Notes under the pieces: model-generated | Databases searched by the model: none | The model's input: the letters and a program-made list of their open reading frames with translations, nothing else | What the model was told of the DNA's origin: nothing | Assembly: GCA_024679065.1 (NCBI GenBank) | Contig: JAGIQG010000007.1 | Coordinates: forward strand, 82,522,001 to 82,586,000 | Direction: 5' to 3' | Length of the DNA stretch: 64,000 bases | Source of the DNA: Sphyrna mokarran | Lineage: Eukaryota | In this document: positions 12,547 to 24,582 of the stretch, in pieces | How the letters are laid out: the number at the start of each line of letters is the position of its first letter | How positions within the stretch are numbered: the stretch's first letter is position 1 | Program-made: the position numbers and the translations under genes

Positions 12547-15510
12547 CTAATTGGAAACATAGAACAATAGAAAATTACAGCTCTGAAACAGGCCTTTTGG
12601 CCTTTCTTGTCTGTGCTGAATCATTTTTTGCCTAATCCCAGTGACCTGCACTTGGACCATATCCCTCCCATCCATGAACCCGTCCAAGTTTTTCTTAAAT
12701 GTTAAAAGTGATCCCGCATTTACCACTTTATCCAATAGCTCATTCCACAGTGCCACCACTCTCTGTGTGAAGAAGCCCTCCCTCAATATTCCCTTTAAAC
12801 TTTTCTCCTTTCACTCTTAACCCATGCCTTCTGTTTCTTTTCTCCCCTAGCCTCAGTGGAAAAGCCTGCTTGCATTCACTCTATCTATACTCATCAAAAT
12901 CTTATACACCTCTAACAAATCTCCCCTCATTCTTCTACACTCCAGGGAATAAAGTCATAATCTATTCAATCTCTGTCTGTAACTCAGCTTCTCAAGTCCT
13001 GGCAACATCCTTGTGAACCTTTTCTGCACTCTTTCAACTTTATTTACGTCCTTCCTGTAACTAGGTGACCAAAACTGTACACAATACTCTAAACTACTTA
13101 CCAATACCTTATATAACCTTACCATAACACTCCAATTTTTATACTCGATACTCCGATTTATAAAGGCCAATGTACCAGAAGCACTCTTTACAACTCTATC
13201 CACCTATGACGTCGCTTTTAGGGAATTCTCTACCTGTATTCCCAGATCCCTCTGTTCAACTGCACTCTTCAGAGTCCTACCGTTTAGCCTGTATGTTCTA
13301 CTTTGGTTTGTCCTTCCAAAGTGCAATACGTCACACTTGTCTGCATTAAATTCCATTTGCCATTTTTCAGCCCATTTTTCTAGTTGGTCCAAATCCTTTT
13401 ACAAGCTTTGATAACCTTCCTCACTGTCCACTACACCTCCAATCTTTGTATCATCAGCAAATTTGCTAATCCAATTTACCACATTATCATCCAGATCATT
13501 GATATAGATGATAAACAACAATGGACCCAACACCAATTCCTGCTGTACTCCACTAGCTAGAGGCCTCCACTCAGAGAAGCAATCCTCCACAACCACTCTG
13601 TGGCTTCTTCCTTTGAGCCAGTGTCTAATCCAATTTACTAGCTCCCCATCTATATGTAGCGACTGAACCTTCCTAACTAACCTCCCATGCGGAATCTTGT
13701 CAAAAGCCTTGCCTTTAACAAGGTAGACAACATCACCATGTTCCCTTCATCCACTTTCCTGGCGACCCCCTTGAAAAACTCTAATAGATTGCTCAAACAT
13801 GACCTATCATGCACAAAGCCATGTTGACTCTCCCTAATAAGTCCCTGTCTACCCAAATATTTGTAGGTCCTATCCCTTATCACACCTTCCAATAACTTGC
13901 CAACCACCAACATCAAACTTACTGGCCTGTAATTTCCCAGATTTCTTTTGGAACCTTTTTTAAACAATGGAACAACATGAGCTATCCTCCAATCATCTGG
14001 CACTTCCCCTGTGAATATTGACATTTTAAATATATCTGCCAGGGCCTATGCAAGTTCAACACTAGCCTCCCTCAAGGGCCATGGGAATACCAATCTGGTC
14101 CTGGGGATTTATCCATTCTTATTTGCCTCAAGACAGCCAGCATCTCCTTTTTAATCTGTAAAGGTCCCATAACCTCCCTATCTGTTTCCCCTATTTCCGT
14201 AGACTCGATGCCCATTTTCTCAGTAAATACAGATGCAAAAAACCCATTTGGTATCTCCCCCATCTCTTTTGATTCCACACATAGTCTACCACTCTGGTTT
14301 CAAGAGGACTAATTTTATCTCTCACTATCCTTTTGCTCCTAACGTACCTATAGAAGCCCTTCGGATTTTCCTTCACTCTGTCTGCCAAAGCAACTTCATG
14401 TTTTCTTTTAGCCCTCCTAATTTCCCTCTTAAGTAGTTTCTTGCATTTTTTATATTCCTCAAGCATCTAATCTGTTCCTTGCTGCCTGTACATTTCATAC
14501 AATTCTTTCTTCCTCTTAATTAGTGTTACAATCTCCCTTGAGAACCATGGTTCCTTGTTCCTATTTACTTTGCCTTTAATCCTAACAGGAACATATAAAC
14601 ACTGCGCTCTCAAAACTTTTCCTTTGAAGGCCTCTCACTTTCCATTTACATCCTTACCAGAGAACAGCCTGTGCCAATCCACACTTCCCAGATCTCATCT
14701 CATTTCATCAAAATTGGCCTTTTTCCAGTTCAGAACTTCAACTCAAAGACCAGACCTATCCTCATCCATGATCAGGTTGAAACTAATGGCATTATGATCA
14801 TTAGATCCAAAGGGTGCCCTCACACTCACATCCATCACCTGACCTTACTGATTTCCCAGTAGGTGATCCAGTATCGCATCCTCTCTAGTTGGCACCTCTA
14901 TATACTGATGTAGAAAATTCTTCTGAACACATTTAACAAACTCTACCCCATCTAAATCTTTAACAGTATGCGAGTCTCAATCTATATGTGGAAAATTAAA
15001 ATCCCCCTAAAATTGGAAAATATTTCTAGCTATTTAATAGTAGGCAATTTTATAATTGAAAAGAAAAGAAAAAGAAAAAAACAAAAGAACAAACAAAATT
15101 ACAGCACAGGAACAGACTCTTCAGCTTTCTCAGCCTGCACAGACCATGCTACCGATCTGAACTAATGCAACATCTTGGTAAATCTTTTCTATACTTTCTC
15201 CAAATGCTCACATCCTTCTGGTAATGTGGCAACCAGAATTGAACATTATGTTCCAAGTGCGGCCTAACTAAGGCTGCAATATGACTTGCCAATTTTTAAA
15301 CTCAATGCACAGGCCAATGAAGGCAAACATGCCACATGCCTACTTGACTACTTTCTCCACCTGCATTGCCACTTTTAGTTACCTGTGTACCCCTGCCTAT
15401 CAATATTCTTAAGGGTTCTGCCATTTACTGTACATTTTCTTTCTGTATTAGACCTTCCAAAATGCATTACCTCACGTTTGACCAGATTAAACATCTGCTA
15501 TCTCTCCACC
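12547..15510 (-). mobile_element. Decayed CR1-clade LINE ORF2 fragments
   Basis: NYRPVSL, LGPLLFIIYINDLD, KFADDTK and LEYCVQFWSP in broken ORFs. Confidence 0.9.
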
Positions 15511-16079
15511 CAAGTCTATGTCCAAGGCTATACATCTTGCACCCATTATGTTTGGAATATTATAATCTGTTTCTGACTACATAATAATGAATAAAGCAGA
15601 ATCTTGCAAACCTGGAAAATCAGGCTGACCTTTAGGAGCAAAAAACAGTCAGTGAAATACTACAAGGTCAAAGATTGCAGGGAGAGTTTACTCTAAGTTC
15701 AGTAGAACAACTTGCTAATGGTTGTGTTGCATGTATTTCATTTTGCATTATTGTAAACCTGTGACCTCGACAACCTAGAAATACAAGTGATGCACGGGAA
15801 CACAACCACTTGCAAGTTCACCTTCAAACAACATACCATGCTAACTTGGAACTGTCCATTTTCAGGGAGGTGGATGATGCCCACTTGCAAAATATACCAT
15901 GATCTGTCTCAATAAAACTCATTGATGTCGTACTTTCTGGTTGTCAAATTTATTTGAAAGATGAAACAATAGAGAAGATGTCCCTTCTCCCTCTCTCTAA
16001 TCAAATAAAAAAAGAACACCGTGAAAAGGTAAAAATGAAAGTAGGAGTTTTATAAATTTTCTCAAATAATTGGTACTCG

Positions 16080-19000
16080 GTCTCGGTCAGTGGGGTTAAG
16101 TGTTGTACTCGAGATGTGCTCGGACGACTACAAGTGCAGGAAGTGCACCCAACTGCAGTTCCTTACAGAATGCATGGATAGTTAGAGCAGCAACTGGATG
16201 CACTTAGGAGCATAAGGAGTCGAAAAGCTTTGTGGATTGGAGCTTTAGAGATGTGGTCATACCTAAGGTGCAGACAGATGGATACGTGATCACCAGTAGG
16301 GGCAGGCAGTCAGTGCAGGAATCCCTGTGGTCATCCCCCTTTAACAAGTATCCCAGTTTTGGATATACTGGGGGACATGGGCTATCGGGGGATAATAGCA
16401 GAAGCAACCAAAGCAGTGATACCACAACTGGCTCTGTTGTTAAGCAGGGAGCAATAAAGAGGATAAGAGCAATAATTATAGGGGATTCTATAGTTAGGGG
16501 TGCAGATAGGCATTTCTGTGAATGTGAAAGAGACAGTAGGATGGTATGTTACCTTCCTGGTGCCAGGGTCAAAGTATCTCTGAACAGACAGAAAGCATTC
16601 TGAAGGGAGAAGGTGAACAGCCAGAGGTTGTGGTACATTTTCGTATTAATGACATAGTAGGAGGAGTGATGAGGTCTGCATCAGCACTGAGTTAAGTAAA
16701 AAGTTAAAAAGCAGGACCTCAAGGGTTGTAATCTCAGGGTTACTCCTTGTGCCATGTGCTAGTGAGACTAGAAATAGGAGGATAATACAGCTGAACACAT
16801 GGCTAAACAGTTTGTGTAGGAGGGAAGGTATCAGTTATCTGGACTACTGGAGTCTCTTCCGGGGCAGATGGAACTTGTACAAGAAGGACGGGTTGTATCT
16901 AAACTGGAAGGGCATAAATATTCTGACCAGGAGGTTTGCTCGTGTCACACGGGAGGATTTAAACTAGTTTGGCAGGGGATGGGAACCAAAGCAAAGGTGA
17001 ATTAACCGAAGGGGAACCAGAGAGTAGGGCCAGTAAGACTCAGAGAAACAACAGGCAGGGTGGGATTGCTAGTCAAAGAAGGATTGATGGACTGAAATTC
17101 ACCTCAATGCTAGAAGGCAGATGAACTTAGAACTTGGATTAGTACTAGGAACTATAATGATGTTGCTATTACAGAAACTTGGTTCAGGGAATGACAGGAT
17201 TGGCAGCTTAATATTCCAGGATACAAATGTATCAGATGGGATAGAGGGGGATGTAAAAGGGGGGAGTTGCACTACTGGTTAAGGAGAATATCACAGCTGT
17301 ACTCCGGGAGGATATCGTGGAGGGATCATACAGTGAGACAATATGGATAGAGCTCAGGAATAGGAAAGGTGTCATCTCAATGTTGAGGATTTACTATGGG
17401 CCACCCAACTGCTAGTGGGAGATAGAGGAACAGATTTGTAGGCAGATTTTGGCAAGACGTAAAATTAACAGGATTGTTGTGCTGGGAGATTTTAACTTCC
17501 CCTATATTGACTGAGACTCACTTAGTGCTTGGGGTGTGAATGGGGAAGGGTTTGTAAGGACCCATCTGGGGGCGGTGGGGGGGAGCTTCTTGAAACAAGT
17601 AAGTAGATAGTCCAAGTAGGGAAGGGGCCATACTCGACCTCGTATTGGGAATGAGCCCATCCAGGTGGTCGATGTCTCAGTAGGGGAGCAGTTTAGGAAC
17701 AGTGACCACAATTCAGTAAGCTTTAAGGTACTAATGGATAAAGATAAGTGTATTCCTCAAGTTGAGGTACTAAACTGGGACAAGGCTAATTACAACAATA
17801 TTAGAACATAGAACATTACAGCACAGAACAGGCCCTTCGGCCTTCGATGTTGCACCGACCAATATAAAAAGCAATGCCCCTCCAAACTAAAACATTCCCT
17901 TCTCTTCCATATACTTATCAACTAACCTCTTAAACGCCACCAAACTTGGCGCATCTACAACTGCTGCAGGCAGGGCATTACACTCCCGAACCACCCTTTG
18001 GGTAAAGAACCTACCTCTGATATCCGTCCTATAACTATCACCCTTAATTTAAAGCTGTGTCCCCTCGTGCTAGCTTTTTCCATCCTAGGAAAAAGGCTAT
18101 CACTGTCCACCCTATCTAAACCTCTAATCATCTTATATGTTTCGATCAGGTATTAGGCAGGAATTGAGGAATGTAGATTGGGGGCAGATGTTTGAGGGCA
18201 AATCCACATCCGGCATGTGGGAGGCTTTCAAGTGTAAGTTGATGGGGCTTCAGGACTGGCACATTCCTGTAAGCATGAAGGATAAGTGTGGCAAGTTTTG
18301 GGAATCTTGGATAATGAGAGATATTGTGAGCCTAGTCAAAGAGAAGAAGGAAGAATTTGTCAAAGCTAGGAAGCTGGGAACACATGAAGCAAGTGTGGAA
18401 TACAAGGGAAGTAGAAAGAAACTTAAGGAATAAGGAAGGCTAAAAGGAGGTCGCAAAGAAGCATTAGCCAGCAAGATTAAGGAAAATCCAAAGGCTTTTT
18501 ATAAATATATAAAGAGCAAGAGGGTAGCCAGGAAGATGGTTGGCCCATTCAAGCACAAAGGAGAGAATCTATGCGTGGAGCGAGCGTAAATGGATGAGGA
18601 TTTAAATGAGCATCAGTATTCATCAAGAGAAGGACTTGGTATATGATGAGTCTGGGAAAGAATGTGTAGATGGTTTGAATCATGTTGAGATCAAAGAGGA
18701 GGAGATGTTGGGAGTCTTGAGAAACATTAAGGTAGATAAGTCCCCAGGGCCTGATGGAATATACCCCAGAGTACTGAGAAAGGCAAGGGAGAAAATTGCT
18801 AGGGCCTTGAGAAAAATCTTTGTATCATCACTGGCTTCAGGGGAGATCCCAGATGATTGGAGAATAGTCAATGTTGTCCCTTTGTTTAAGAAGAGTGGGA
18901 AGGATAATCCAGGTAATTATAGACCAGTGAGCCTTACATCAGTGATAGGGAAATTATTGGAGTGGATTCTTTGAGACAGAATTTACTTCTACTTGGAAAT

Positions 19001-20600
19001 AAGTGGATGTATTAGTGAGAGGCAACATGAATTTGTGAAGGGGAGGTTGTGTCTTATGAACTTGATTGAGTTTTTTAAAGAAGCAATGAAGATGATTGAT
19101 GAGGATACGGCATTGAATGTTGTCTAAATGGCCTTCAGTAAGGCCTTTGTTAAGGTCCCTCATGACAGACCAGTGCAGAAGGTGAAGTTGCATGGGATCA
19201 AAGGTGAGCTGACAACATGGATACAAAACTGGCTCAGTCAAAGACGGAGAATAGTAGTAGAAGGGTGCATTTTTGAATGGAGGGCTATGACAAGTGGTGT
19301 TTCTCAGGGATCAGTGTTGGGACCTTTGCTGTTTGAAGTATATTTTCCTCCAAAACATTTATATATAACTAGTTTGATTATTAAGTTTGTAGATGACACA
19401 AAGGTTGGTGGATTTGCAGTTAGTGTTAAGGACCATCAGAGGATACAGCAGGATATAGATCAGTTGGGGACTTGGGCAGAGAGATGGCAGATGGAGTTTA
19501 ATCCAGACAAATGTGAAGTAATGCATTTTGTCAAGACGTCCCTTAAAAGTCACAACCATATCTGCTTCCGCTACCTTCCCAGACACCTACTGCTCTGTGT
19601 AAAAAATCTGCCTCATACATTTCCTTTATATCTTGCCCCTGACATCTTAAACCTGTGCCCCCTAGTAATTGACTCTTCCAACTTGGGAAAAAGCTTCTGA
19701 TTATCCACTCTGTCCATATCTTTCATAATCTTGTCGACTTCTATTCACTCGCCCCTCAACTCCATTGTTCCAGTGAAAACAAACCAAGTTTCTTCAACCT
19801 CTCCTCATAGCTAATGCTCACCATGCCAGGCAACATTCTGGTTGCTAATTAGATACATCTGTATCTAATACAGATAGGAAATATTCAGTACATGGCAGAA
19901 TCCTTAAACGTATTGATAGGCAAAGGGATTTGGGTGTACAGTACACAGATCACTGAAAGTGGCAATGCAGTGGAGAAGGCATACAGCATGCATGCCTTCA
20001 GAGGCAGAGGAATTGAGTTTAAAAATTGGCAAGTCACGTTGCAGCTTTATAGAGCCTTAGTGAGGCTGCACTCGGAATATAATGTTCAATTCTAGTCACC
20101 ACACGACCAGAAGGATGTGGAGGCTTTGGAGAGGGTACAGAAAAGAGTTACCAGAATGTTGCCTGGCATGGTGAGCATTAGCTATGAGGAGAGGTTGAAG
20201 AAACTTTGTTTGTTTTCACTGGAACAATGGAGTTGAGGGGCGAGTGAATAGAAGTCGACAAGATTATGAAAGATATGGACAGAGTGGATAATCAGAAGCT
20301 TTTTCCCAAGTTGGAAGAGTCAATTACTAGGGGGCACAGGTTTAAGGTGTCAGGGGCAAGATATAAAGGAAATGTATGAGACAGATTTTTTACACAGAGC
20401 AGTACGTGTCTGGGAAGGTAGCGGAAGCGGATATGGTTGTGACTTTTAAGGGACGTCTTGACAAATAAATGAATAGGTTGGGAATAGAGGGATATTGTCC
20501 CTGTAAGGGTAGGGACTTTTAGTTCAGTCGTGCAACACAGTCAGTGCAGACTTGGTGGAGCAAAGGCCCTGTTCCTATGTTATAATTTTCTTTTCTTTGA
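16080..20600 (+). mobile_element. Near-full-length decayed CR1-clade (HER1-like) LINE: ORF1 SGNH/esterase plus ORF2 APE-RT, with nested minus-strand LINE fragments (about 17805-18140 and 19535-19845)
   Basis: IIIGDSIVRG (ORF1), GDFNFP endonuclease, KSPGPDGIYPR, NYRPVSLTS, QGSVLGPLLF, KFVDDTK. Many stops and frameshifts. Confidence 0.9.
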
Positions 20601-22852
20601 CCTTCTATTAGGCAAAAGCATCAAGTTATTGACCAAAGAGGTAGCTATAAGAAGAATTTTAAAGGAGAAAGCAGAGGAAGAGAGGGACACTATTCCTTTT
20701 TGTGGGAGGGAGTGTTCTCTGGTCATTTACATAGAATTTACTCATTGACAGCCTCATTGCCTACACTAAACGTTAGAGATTAAGATTCTGATTAAAAGCT
20801 ACTAAATATAATTTCCTGTTTTTGTCAGCTACAGGAAGTTTGTTAATCAGTTGAGAGCTGGCTCTGAACAGGAGTGAAACATACATTAACTATTTGTCAT
20901 TGTATAGAATATTTAATAAAATAACGTCAAAGTTCTTCACATTTTTGCTTGCAATAACTCTCAGTATGAAGACACATATTCCCCATTATCCTGCTCATTT
21001 TTTCCTTTTTCAAGTATTTACAAATTCCCTTTTGAAAGTTCCTATTGAATCTGCTTCTTTTCAGGCAGCATCTTTCAGATCACAACTTGCTGAGTGAAAT
21101 AAATCTCTTCTCCCCCATCGTTTCTTTTGCCAATTTCCTTAAGTCTGTATGTTACAAATTTCCTATCATTATAAACTCTCCTTATTCATTTTAATCAAAG
21201 TCTTCTATAAAATCTCCCCATCCCCATTACCTGCACTGCTGCTCTAAGAACCATGCCAGTTTCTGCAGTCTCTGATAGTAATAAAAGAACTAAGAGCAGC
21301 AGTAGGCCGTTCAGTCCTTCAAGCTCACTCTACCAATCATTATAATCATGACTGATCCTCTATCTCAAGGCAATCTGCAACAATGTTTCCAGACTATTTC
21401 TGTTATTTGTGATTTTTTTAAAAAAAATCTTGTCGTGGATTTGTTTTTAATTACAAAACGCCATTGCGAAGGATGGGGAGGTCTGAAAAATCAAAGGTTT
21501 GACGCATTTCCATTGAGTTTATCCCAATAATGGTCTCACATCAGCGTTACAGACAGTTAATCTTGTCTGCCTTGTAAACGCTAGAATCAGTGGCCGTTTA
21601 CATCGGCTTCATCTCAGAGTTAAATTAAAATTTTCTCCATTTCAGAGCCAGATGAGTTAATCATGCACTTTATTTAAAAATTTGCAGCGATGTTAAATAC
21701 CGAAACGGAACCAGTGACTTCATCGAATATGTTGGCTGCGGCCAATCGGCCGCTCCTGTTTGTACTGCTTCTCTGAAAGAGTAATTCTTGTCTTCTCCCA
21801 GTAACCCTGCACATTCTTCCTTTTCAGAAAATAATCCAATTGCCTTTTGAATTGTCCAGCGCTCGGGCAGCGTGGTTCCGGATTCGTGTTAAATAGTGAA
21901 TTTAATCTTATCGCCAAACTTTTCCGGTGGATTTATGGAAGATATCCTAATATTTCTGGGGAAAATTTTTAAGCGCAAAAACAGAAAAATAGAGAATCCC
22001 CGAAAGAAAATATCGCGGGAAATGATCAATTTTCTCATTCTGTCAAGTTTCACTCGGTTAATATCTCCCTCCCTTTAATTCGAACCAATTGGTCAGAATT
22101 GCCGCAAAATAACAGCGATTTTTGCTAAGTGTCTATACACAGGTGACAATGAGAGCACCAGCTGAATAATAAACAACCGAGTTTAAATAAAAACCGATTT
22201 TATTCGAGTCGCGACCTTAATCTTCTTACACAAATTGTCAATTATTAACCTGCCTGGTGCGTTTAAAGTTTAAAATAACAACAGCCAAAATCTCAATGAA
22301 ACGGAATGCTCTAAACATTAACTTACTGATTTAAGTTCTCTTATTGAAACAACGAGATGGTTAGGAACGGAAAGAAAAGCAAAAACAAAAAATCCGCGCT
22401 CGATAAACAAACGGATGTTTCTTCAAATGAATGATGTGTAATTTGCTGTAAATATTTCACAATCCAACAACTCCGTCTCCCGGACTGACAAGAATCGTAG
22501 AAGGCATTCGGAGTGATCATTTCCACTGGCCGATGGTCAAAATCTTTGTTGAAAATGGTGCTGAGAATTTGCATTAGGGAGAGAGGGTTTATGGAGCAAG
22601 TTAAGAACCAGTTCTTCGTAAACTCGCTGGAAGAGGGATTGACCGCCGGTCACAATGAATCACATTCCAATTTAACCAAGCTGTTCGCCCATTGTGTAAT
22701 TGGTGCTGAGATAGGAATATGGTAATTATTAGGTCCAAGAAACTTCGCAGAAATCAACTTAATAAAAAAATGCTGGATTCAGGATTGATTAACACTGTCA
22801 GTCTTTCTGAATCTTAACAATAATTTTATTTAGACTCTGTACCTCAATCTTT

Positions 22853-23055
22853 GGAGATGCCTGCGTTGGACTGGGGTAAACACAGTAAGAAGTCTTACCC
22901 CACCAAGTTAAAGTCCAACAGGTTTATTTGGTAGTACAAGCCACTAGCTTTGGGACGCTGCTCCTTTATCAGGTGAGTGGGATTTGTAAAGTGAGTTTGT
23001 GCCTTTGTGGACTGAACTTCCACTCACCTAATGAAGGAGCAGCGTTCCGAAAGCG
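22853..23055. mobile_element. Short Penelope-derived element with internal inverted repeat and mutated hammerhead cores
   Basis: PLE terminus ggagatgcctgcgttggactggggtaaacacagtaagaag. Inverted gctttgggacgctgctcc…ggtgagtgg / ccactcacc…ggagcagcgttccgaaagc. Confidence 0.7.
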
Positions 23056-24202
23056 AATGAAAGATCCAGAGCTCTCAATCGTTCAAAACGTTCCTTTACT
23101 GGGAACTAATGATCCTGATATCTTAATGAGAGACAAATTTGCTAAGTGCCCCGAGCTCTAAATCAGACTGAAATTGCAGGTAATACTGAGGGAGTGCTGC
23201 ACTGTCGGCGATATCTCCTTTGGGACCAAAAGAGAAAATGCTGGAAAATCTCAACGGATCTAGCAGCATATTGTAAGGAGAGAGAAAACAGCTGACGTTT
23301 CGAGTCCAGATGACCCTTTGTCAAAAGTGAGGAGCCTTCTTTGGGATGGTATTTTCAACAAGGCCCTTGATCGCCTTCCTGGTGGATGGACAAGATCCCG
23401 AGGCACCACTCGACTGATATAAATGGGCGTTAAGGCCCGCGTTTCTACCAATCCCTATTGCCCCGAGGAAGCGGTGGATATTTCTAATACTAGGGCCATT
23501 AAGAATCCCTCAATTTGGTGCGGGACATGTAGCATTTTCCTTTCTCGAAATACAGACGGATATTAATTGGAGTTAAAACAGGAACGATTGGATTTATTAA
23601 TAAACAAATAGCCGAAATGAAACGCGTTGAAGTATTTTATTTAATCTATAAAACCACCATCACAAGAAAAACTCCCCCAAAATAACAAACATTATATTGA
23701 TGACTTTTACAGAATTATTGATGCGAATTACATAACTTATGTAATAGTGTTATTCCGCTAATAAATGCGGAATAGAAGTTGAAGTTTTAATTGCGACAAA
23801 TATGACAGAAAATGTGGTTCTTTATTCGCAGGGCCAGCAGCACTGAACCGAGGCGATGTTACAGCCGCAGTTGAGAGCGGTAAATCTCCTTCCGCAAAAA
23901 CATGAGCGAATTGAGTCTGTATAATAACCCCCAAACTGTATCATGGCCACTTTTTTATTTATTTGCCAATTGTTGTTTCAAACTAGATTTTCCTGAAGTA
24001 TTAATCCAGGTTTCGGTCGGTAATATGAGGCTACACCGCGGTATCCAAATTAGATACATCTTCTGTTTGTTATAATATTCTATTTTAACTAATTTGAATC
24101 GAGTCCTCACAGGAGTGAAGTAAAGCTATTTAGGGACTTGTCTTTGACATTAACCCGCGGTCACTAAGAAACCAAAACAAAATTAAATGAGTTTAAAAGA
24201 TG

Positions 24203-24208
24203 TTTATT
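24203..24208 (-). terminator. Probable polyadenylation signal of TRGC
   Basis: First AATAAA on the minus strand, about 230 nt after the stop codon. Confidence 0.6.
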
Positions 24209-24439
24209 ATTTTCAATTTTCCAGAATTCTAATACAAAATTACAACAGAATGCAACAATTTATCTGTAGCAAATTATTCACAAAACGCGGCATTGAAATG
24301 GACAGTAACAAATCTACTTAAAAATCAATTAAGGTCTTTCTACAAAATTCGTCTCTGCGTTAACAGACAAGCGGAGCAAAATTTTGCACAAAATACTAAT
24401 CTTTTAATCGAATCTTAAACAGAGGTCGATTGATGACAG

Positions 24440-24582
24440 TTAATATGGTTTCTTCAAGTCACGGAACCCAACCTTGTGAAAAATGAAGGAGATAATCCCG
24501 CAGTAGAGCACGCTTTTTGCCAGCATCAACGTGTACGAAAAGATCGCAACCTGCAGCGAACTCAGTGGCAGTCCTAAGCGAA
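24440..24582 (-). CDS. TRGC: TCR gamma constant region exon 3, TM and cytoplasmic tail (VRLGLPLSSLQVAIFSYTLMLAKSVLYCGIISFIFHKVGFRDLKKPY*)
   Basis: Acceptor ttttgcctttcttcAG. Carries the conserved antigen-receptor TM motif Y..(L)..KS..Y with the charged Lys for CD3 pairing. TAA at 24442-24440. Confidence 0.93.
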
